Assembly (NCBI GenBank): GCA_033764315.1
Contig: JANRJA010000071.1
Span: 1 to 11,122, forward strand
DNA: 11,122 bases
Reading direction: 5' to 3'
Source of the DNA: Oculatellaceae cyanobacterium bins.114
Lineage (GTDB): Bacteria; Cyanobacteriota; Cyanobacteriia; Elainellales; Elainellaceae
In this document: piece after piece, positions 5,754 to 11,122 of the stretch
How the letters are laid out: the number at the start of each line of letters is the position of its first letter
Numbering within the stretch: the first letter of the stretch is position 1
Program-made: the position numbers and the translations under genes
Notes under the pieces: generated by a model
The model's input: the letters and a program-made list of their open reading frames with translations, nothing else
The model's database searches: none
Told to the model about the DNA's origin: nothing

Positions 5754-6511
5754 TCGTTCAATTCTAATACTCTCTTGAGCCAGCAGAGAGCACTCTCGAC
5801 ATCTGCAACTTGCTCACAACAGGGGACAGGTGGACGTTGCACCATCACCACAGGAATGCTTAACTCTCGTGCAGCAATAATCTTGGCATAGGTGGCATCA
5901 CCACCACTATTTTTACTAACGATCGCCCTTATCTCATACTGTTGTAATAGCGATCGCTCCTCGTCGAGTGAAAAAGGTCCCCGTTCTAATAACACTGTTC
6001 CAGGGGGGAGGGGTGCATGGGGTGAAGGTGGCTCAATCATTCGCATCAGAAACCAGAGATCTTGTAAATAGGCGTAGACATGGAGTTCTTGCCGACCCAC
6101 GGTGAGAAACACACGCTGAGCTAATGTGGGTAAAATCGCTGCTGCTGCGGCATGACTGTTTACTTCAATCCAGTGATTTGCTGATGCAGGTTTCCATGCA
6201 GGACGAAGCAGCATGACCTGGGGAATACCAACTGCGGTGGCAGCAGCAACGGCATTAAACGAAATTTGGGCGGCAAAGGGATGGGTCGCATCAATCAACA
6301 CATCAATGCTGTGTTGGCGCAGATACTCTGTGAGTCCTGCTATTCCTCCAAAGTTGCCAATTCGCGTTTTTTCAAACGATATCAGGGGTTGACGAGTCCG
6401 ACCTGCCAGTGAAGCAATCACCTCCATGCCTGATATTGCCGCTGCTTGTATGGCTAAATCGACCGCGTCACTCGTTCCACCGAGAATCAATACTCGCTTT
6501 TTTTTAGTCAT
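5750..6511 (-). CDS. cbiJ: Cobalt-precorrin-6A reductase CbiJ/CobK (alternative TTG start at 6523)
   Basis: ILGGTSDA, SLAGRT, IDATHPFAAQIS, LRPAW, FLTVGRQ, RGPF, SKNSGG...KIIAARELSIPVVMVQRP. Confidence 0.96.
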   Translation of the reverse strand: MTKKKRVLILGGTSDAVDLAIQAAAISGMEVIASLAGRTRQPLISFEKTRIGNFGGIAGLTEYLRQHSIDVLIDATHPFAAQISFNAVAAATAVGIPQVMLLRPAWKPASANHWIEVNSHAAAAAILPTLAQRVFLTVGRQELHVYAYLQDLWFLMRMIEPPSPHAPLPPGTVLLERGPFSLDEERSLLQQYEIRAIVSKNSGGDATYAKIIAARELSIPVVMVQRPPVPCCEQVADVESALCWLKRVLELND

Positions 6512-6851
6512 GTCCCTCAACACCCTACTTCTAACCAGGTATATAGCAATCCCAAATGGGTTGTGAGAGGCGCACCCTGCTCATCGCACAACTGATTTAG
6601 GGCAGGTATAGCAACTGTCGAGACGATTGAGATAGGGTTCATGAACGCTGATCCTTGCAACAGGGACGTTTTGCAAAACGCCTTAATGAAATTCATACCG
6701 TCGATCAGCACCGCCAAAAAGCTAAATCGGTAAGCTGAATTCGTTGTAGTTTAGTAAAGGCATGAAACCTCATGTCTGCCTGGGTTAGCCTAGCGTCATC
6801 TGTCCTACATTTAATTCTCCACTGCCCATTACCCGTTCCCTACTCTCTTTA

Positions 6852-7937
6852 ATGGCTCGTACTGGTTATACGCTTCCTGTCTTTGCAGTCGCTGCGGCTA
6901 AAGCAGCATTATTACATCTCCAAAATACTCTGCCTGATGATTTGCAGGTGGTCACGCTAGATTTATTGCCAAATGAAGCTACAATTCCCATTCAACAGGT
7001 CGCTCGATTAGAGCAAGATAGCGCATTGGCGATCGCCCTCAGTGATCCTGGTGACAACTTAGATCTGACCCGCAACACCCCCATTTGGGCATGGGTCAAG
7101 CTCCAACCCCGACAGTCAGACTCTTTGATTTTAGAGGCTGGGGAAGGCATTGGTAAAACTACAGCGGGTGATCCGGCGATCTATCGCTATGCCCGTCGAT
7201 TGTTTGAGGCAAATTTGCTGCCGTTGATCTCTCCTGACCAAACGGTCACCGTGTCTATCATCATGCCAGAAGGTCGGCAACTGGCTCAACGAACCTCTAA
7301 TGAAGCATTTGGAGTGTTGGAAGGGCTATCGCTGTTGGGGACTAGCGGCATTTCTCAACCCCTTTCAGCCGAAGATCATTTAGAGGATTTGCGTCAAATT
7401 TTGCAAACCAAGGTACGATCGCACTCTCACTTAGTCTTTTGCATTGGGAGTCATGGCATGCATATTGCTCAACAGATGGGTGTGCCAGAAACGGCGATCG
7501 TGCAAACAGGCAACTGGATCGGGGCGTTGTTGATCGAGGCTGGGTTGCGGGGAGCAAAATCAGTTTTGTTGTTGGGATATCAGGGCAAATTAGTGAAACT
7601 AGCCGGAAATATTTTTAATACTTCCAGTCATCTGGCTGACGCTAAGTTAGAAATCCTCGCGGCAGCAGTGGTTAGATCGGGGGGCAGCTTGTCAGTTGTG
7701 GAGACTGTTTTGGCCGTAAAAACTGCCGATGAGGCTTATAAAGCCTTGGTAGAGTTGAATGTGGCGGATGCCGTTTTTGCGGCATTAGCCACAACGATTT
7801 CCCAAAAAGCACAAGCTTATGTCAAGAAGTATGGCAATGTTGATCTCACTGTGGGAACGACGTTGTTTGATCGACAGGGGCACACGATTGGGCAAGATGC
7901 GATCGCCACTCGCTTAATACAAGCTTGGCAGTGTTAA
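6852..7937 (+). CDS. cbiD: Cobalt-precorrin-5B (C1)-methyltransferase CbiD
   Basis: RTGYTLPVFAVAAAKAA, SDPGDNLDLT, GEGIG, RTSNEAFGVLEGLSLLGTSG, GNWIG, GKLVKLAGNIFNT. Confidence 0.97.
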   Translation: MARTGYTLPVFAVAAAKAALLHLQNTLPDDLQVVTLDLLPNEATIPIQQVARLEQDSALAIALSDPGDNLDLTRNTPIWAWVKLQPRQSDSLILEAGEGIGKTTAGDPAIYRYARRLFEANLLPLISPDQTVTVSIIMPEGRQLAQRTSNEAFGVLEGLSLLGTSGISQPLSAEDHLEDLRQILQTKVRSHSHLVFCIGSHGMHIAQQMGVPETAIVQTGNWIGALLIEAGLRGAKSVLLLGYQGKLVKLAGNIFNTSSHLADAKLEILAAAVVRSGGSLSVVETVLAVKTADEAYKALVELNVADAVFAALATTISQKAQAYVKKYGNVDLTVGTTLFDRQGHTIGQDAIATRLIQAWQC

Positions 7938-7954
7938 TCGAGGGGATAAATGGC

Positions 7955-7982
7955 GTCAGGGCGGTTAGCAAACCGCCCCTAC
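7955..7982 (-). repeat. GTAG-type REP-like palindrome, possibly also a terminator between convergent genes
   Basis: Minus strand GTAGGGGCGGTTTGCTAACCGCCCTGAC; perfect 8-bp stem GGGCGGTT/AACCGCCC. Confidence 0.7.
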
Positions 7983-8003
7983 TGTCCTGTTGATTTGAAA
8001 ACA

Positions 8004-8019
8004 CCCCTCCCAACCTCCC
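8004..8019 (+). repeat. C-rich small dispersed repeat, with an inverted copy at 9470-9485
   Basis: CCCCTCCCAACCTCCC is the exact reverse complement of GGGAGGTTGGGAGGGG at 9470-9485. Confidence 0.65.
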
Positions 8020-8079
8020 CGTGGCAACTACTCTTCCAGATTGGGTGTAGGGTTGTTGCATGCGTATGAAAACCAGGCA

Positions 8080-8098
8080 TTGGGGGAGACTCCCCCAA
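8080..8098. repeat. G/C-run hairpin (dispersed repeat or terminator-like)
   Basis: TTGGGGGA-gac-TCCCCCAA perfect 8-bp stem. Confidence 0.55.
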
Positions 8099-8225
8099 GC
8101 TCCCTAGCAGACGGTGTTTCAGTTCACCCAAAGACGCGCTTCGCATCGGTTCCAAATCCGGGTGTTTCGGGTGAGGGCAAGGTTCACTGTTGAAAGTGAT
8201 ATTACAACTGATTTAGGACTGTATA

Positions 8226-9359
8226 TTACCCATTTAATTTGCTGTAAGTAAACCGAGTAAAGTTGGCTTCGTTGAGACTGTTCCAGGCATAAACGCGATC
8301 GCGAAACTCTCTCCATCCGGTATAAATTGCCTTGAATTCAGTATCTTTTGCTGCAAATTCGTCATATAACGCAAAAGCAGCTTGTTCCGCTGCATTCAAA
8401 ATATCATCGCTGTAAGCACGCAACTCCACGCCACTGTCTACTAACCGTTGCAACGCTTCATTGTTACGAGTTTCATAGCGTGACAGCATCATGGTGTTGG
8501 CTTCATAGGTAGCGGCATAGATAGCGGCTTGATATTCCGCAGGTAAGTTGTTCCATTCATTCAGGTTAATTTGCAACTCTAAGGTTGCTCCAGGTTCCCA
8601 CCAACCGGGGTAGTAATAATACTTCGCAACCTCATTTAACCCCAACTTTTCATCATCATAGGGACCAACCCACTCCGCTGCATCGATCGCCCCTGTTTGA
8701 AGTGCCTGAAAAATCTCGCCACCAGGTAAGCTTTGCACGGTCACGCCTAATTTAGACATGACCTGTCCGCCCAATCCTGGAATTCTCATTTTTAATCCCT
8801 GTAAATCGCTCACAGAGGTAATCTCTTTGCGGAACCATCCACCCATTTGAGTGCCCGTGTTACCCGCTGGAAACTGAATCACATTAAACTTGCTGGCGTA
8901 AAGCTCTTGCAGTTGCTTTAATCCGCCCCCTTCATAAAGCCAAGCACTTTGCTGTTGTGCAGTCAGACCAAAGGGAACAGTAGTGCCAAAGGCGAGAGCC
9001 GGACTTTTGCCAAGGTAATAGTAGGAGGCAGTGTGTCCGCAGGGAACCGCCCCTTGAGACACCACATCCAAAATTTCGAGGGGAGGAGCCAACTCACCAG
9101 CAGCCCGTGGAGTGATCTTAAACTTGCCTCCGGTTAAACTGGCAAGGCGATCGACAAACACCTGAGCACCACCAAAAATGGTATCCAGAGCAACAGGCCA
9201 ACTAGTTGCCATTTCCCATTCAATCGTTGGCAGATCACTGGTGCTCGCAGCAGAGCCAGACGCTGTTTCAGAAGAGACTGTTGCCGAATTGCAGGCAACC
9301 AATCCCACGGTGCTGGTGGCTCCAAGGGCAAGGCTATTTAGGAGGACACGACGTTTCAT
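8226..9359 (-). CDS. dctP: TRAP transporter substrate-binding lipoprotein (DctP/TakP-like; probably monocarboxylate 2-oxoacids)
   Basis: Likely start MKRR (Tat-like) with lipobox [65 protein letters not shown]. The track's 9431 start is 24 codons too long. Confidence 0.95.
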   Translation of the reverse strand: MKRRVLLNSLALGATSTVGLVACNSATVSSETASGSAASTSDLPTIEWEMATSWPVALDTIFGGAQVFVDRLASLTGGKFKITPRAAGELAPPLEILDVVSQGAVPCGHTASYYYLGKSPALAFGTTVPFGLTAQQQSAWLYEGGGLKQLQELYASKFNVIQFPAGNTGTQMGGWFRKEITSVSDLQGLKMRIPGLGGQVMSKLGVTVQSLPGGEIFQALQTGAIDAAEWVGPYDDEKLGLNEVAKYYYYPGWWEPGATLELQINLNEWNNLPAEYQAAIYAATYEANTMMLSRYETRNNEALQRLVDSGVELRAYSDDILNAAEQAAFALYDEFAAKDTEFKAIYTGWREFRDRVYAWNSLNEANFTRFTYSKLNG

Positions 9360-9431
9360 AGCAGGTTTCTCAAAAGCAGTTGTTAGCCAAAACAAATACC
9401 GTTTTATACGGAATCCTCTGTGGAGTGTCAC

Positions 9432-9487
9432 TTGCCCCCACTTCCTCAGGCACCGCCCCTTGAGTTAAAGGGAGGTTGGGAGGGGGT
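9432..9487. repeat. Degenerate C-run/G-run small dispersed repeat
   Basis: GCCCCCACTTCCT...CCCCTT...AAGGGAGGTTGGGAGGGGGT; partly self-complementary. Confidence 0.5.
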
Positions 9488-9644
9488 ACATTTTAGAGTG
9501 CTACTCTGTCACCCGAATTTCGTATTAGATATTTATCTCGCTTTTAGAGTATTTCAGAAGAAGAGCCTGCTAGAGCACTCGCTTAGAAAATATTTGAAAA
9601 CCCGATGTGCGACTATTCCAGATCCCCAGTTTCTAGGGATGTCA

Positions 9645-9768
9645 TACCAATTGAAACAGTCTTTACGACAGATCATTGCCCCGAACTGATCCCCCTCAGT
9701 CCCCCTTTTCAAGGGGGATGCCGGAGGCAGGGGGATCTGATGTGTCGCATTCATAACTCAAATTGGTA
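9645..9768. mobile_element. MITE-like element (124 bp) with imperfect TIRs, 3-bp TCA target duplication and internal nested hairpins
   Basis: Ends TACCAATT / AATTGGTA; the IR extends to about 31 bp (CGACA.ATCA shared). TCA at 9642-9644 and 9769-9771. Internal GATCCCCCT/AGGGGGATC and TCCCCCTT-ttc-AAGGGGGA. Confidence 0.75.
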
Positions 9769-9901
9769 TCACTAGGCACCTTTCAGGCAACTCCAATGAG
9801 GAACCGGGGATCTAGACCCCTAAATTGCCCATCACGTTTGAAAATCAGAAAATAGGGACACAGGTAGGAAGGCACAATGATTTGTTTGGAAGGGGTGCAT
9901 T

Positions 9902-10798
9902 TTATAGTGTGACTTTGCTACCCAAACTTCGTATGACACTGTGAAGCGCATTGGGCACTTTTTGAAACACTTTGGTTTGCCGATAAGTTGGTTTAAAGAG
10001 TGACGCTTGAGGATGAGCAATGAGACTCTCTGCTTGACCTAACAACAAAAAGCCAGTCGGCTGCAAGCTAAAGTGAAAGCGAACCAACGCTCGAACTTGA
10101 GTTTCTGAAGTGAGATACATCAGCAAGTTGCGGCAAACCAGCAGATCGATCTTAGGCATAGGGGCAGTTTGGATCAAGTCGTGAGGATGAAAGAGAATAG
10201 GGGGACAGTAATCGGGCCGCCAACGGTAGCCCTCTGGGGTGGGCTCAAAATATCGTCCCAACAGAACCGGAGGAATTTCCTCAGCCACTGCTGCTGAGTA
10301 ACAACCTTTGTGAGCTTGCCGAATAGCATCTTGGTCAACATCGGTGCCGTAGATGCGGACTCGTTGCAAAAATTGCTCTGGCCCCAACATCTCCGCCAGC
10401 AACATTGCCAGTGAATAGGCTTCTTCACCTGAGGCACAGCCTGCACTCCAGATGCGAATGGGTTCATTGGGGGCTTTGCTGGTAATAATGTGGGGAATAA
10501 CGTGATTGATTAAGTAATCCCAAACGGGGCGATCGCGAAAAAAACAGGTGAAGTTAACAAGAACAGTGTTTACCAGATGAGTTACTTCATCAGGCTGTTG
10601 TTGCAACTGATCAAAATAGTCTTGATAACACTCGACCCCAACCTGTTGCATCCGAAGTTGTGTTCGCCGCAACAAGCTAGGACGCTTATAACCCGTCAGG
10701 TCAATCTGGTGAACCTGCTTTAGATAAATAAGCAATTTCTCTAGTTGCTCTACTTTTAGCGACGGAGAGTGAGAGTGCGTACAGGTGAGATCAAGCAT
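9902..10798 (-). CDS. cheR: CheR-family protein-glutamate O-methyltransferase (stand-alone)
   Basis: YKRPSLLRR, TCFFRD, IRIWSAGCASGEEAYSLAM, IYGTDVD, HDL, DLLVCRNLLMY, GFLLLGQAESL. Confidence 0.93.
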   Translation of the reverse strand: MLDLTCTHSHSPSLKVEQLEKLLIYLKQVHQIDLTGYKRPSLLRRTQLRMQQVGVECYQDYFDQLQQQPDEVTHLVNTVLVNFTCFFRDRPVWDYLINHVIPHIITSKAPNEPIRIWSAGCASGEEAYSLAMLLAEMLGPEQFLQRVRIYGTDVDQDAIRQAHKGCYSAAVAEEIPPVLLGRYFEPTPEGYRWRPDYCPPILFHPHDLIQTAPMPKIDLLVCRNLLMYLTSETQVRALVRFHFSLQPTGFLLLGQAESLIAHPQASLFKPTYRQTKVFQKVPNALHSVIRSLGSKVTL

Positions 10799-10859
10799 AG
10801 ACTACAATGTCAACTTTGTTTGTAATTGAGCTTTTAATCAAATAAGTTAAACTCCCTAG

Positions 10860-10972
10860 GAGCATCCCAATTTTGTAAATTTGCCCTCATCCCCCAGTTC
10901 CTTTTCCCATAACAAAAAAGGAGAGCTGGGTTGGAGATCAAGCTTGGGGAAAGGAGTTTAGGGTAAGAGCGT
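10860..10972. repeat. Degenerate cyanobacterial dispersed repeat or MITE remnant
   Basis: GAGCATCCCAATTTTG start; the C-rich arm GCCCTCATCCCCC..TCCTTTTCCC loosely pairs with GGGGAAAGGAG..AGGGTAAGAGC. Confidence 0.4.
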
Positions 10973-11122
10973 TTTTCTTAAGAGCTTAGAGCCTATCCGA
11001 AAACCTGAATTGCCCTTATAGCAATACATGCAAAAGCAAGGTGGATCATCGCTAGATAGTTTTGTGGTTTCTTCTCCCAACGAATTAATAACCGTCGAAA
11101 GCGGTTCATCCATGAGTGTGTT

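Larger units (their letters stand above)
112..10536. repeat. HIP1 octamers (GCGATCGC)
   Basis: Perfect copies at 112, 1200, 2339, 3177, 5950, 7029, 7899, 8295 and 10529, plus many 7/8 variants; indicates a cyanobacterial host. Confidence 0.95.

Noticed and set aside
6498-6505. A8 tract at the 5' end of cbiJ as a phase-variation site
   Set aside because: Short, in frame, and explained by the KKK codons.
6524-6851. Cobalamin riboswitch between divergent cbiJ and cbiD
   Set aside because: Only an isolated GCAACTGT (6611-6618); no GGGAA / GCCACTG / GGGAAG B12-box arrangement seen on either strand.
6517-10467. Short track ORFs 6517..6717, 7342..7557, 7846..8061, 8119..8316, 8949..9137, 9134..9331, 9178..9468, 9420..9689, 9554..9754, 9832..10020, 10174..10467
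   Set aside because: They overlap real genes in other frames or run through repeats or intergenic DNA, with no coding signatures.
10988-11005. GAGCCTATCCGAAAA as an IS5-type terminal repeat
   Set aside because: No partner end or transposase within the window; cannot be supported here.

Overview
Cyanobacterial DNA: 9 perfect HIP1 GCGATCGC octamers and typical C/G-run dispersed repeats. The window has two parts. Bases 1-~5750 look like an accessory or island mosaic. From left to right it holds two tandem paralogous hypothetical genes, a small helical DNA-binding-like gene divergent from a CopG-type ribbon-helix-helix (RHH) gene with palindromic operators between them, a TGCTCA..TTATG repeat cluster abutting a frameshifted TPR remnant, an SBD-HNH phosphorothioate-dependent restriction endonuclease, a repeat-dense intergenic region, and a strict 21-bp tandem array upstream of a 149-aa helical hypothetical gene. 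Bases 5750-11122 are housekeeping-type: divergent cobalamin genes cbiJ/cobK and cbiD, a TRAP substrate-binding lipoprotein, a stand-alone CheR, and REP/MITE repeats. The most striking signal is at the end of the RHH gene: a candidate -1 programmed frameshift site (internal SD GAGGAG, 11 nt, then G_GGA_AAA) leading into a 58-codon protein-like -1 frame with no ATG or GTG. All calls come from reading the sequence by eye; no searches were run.
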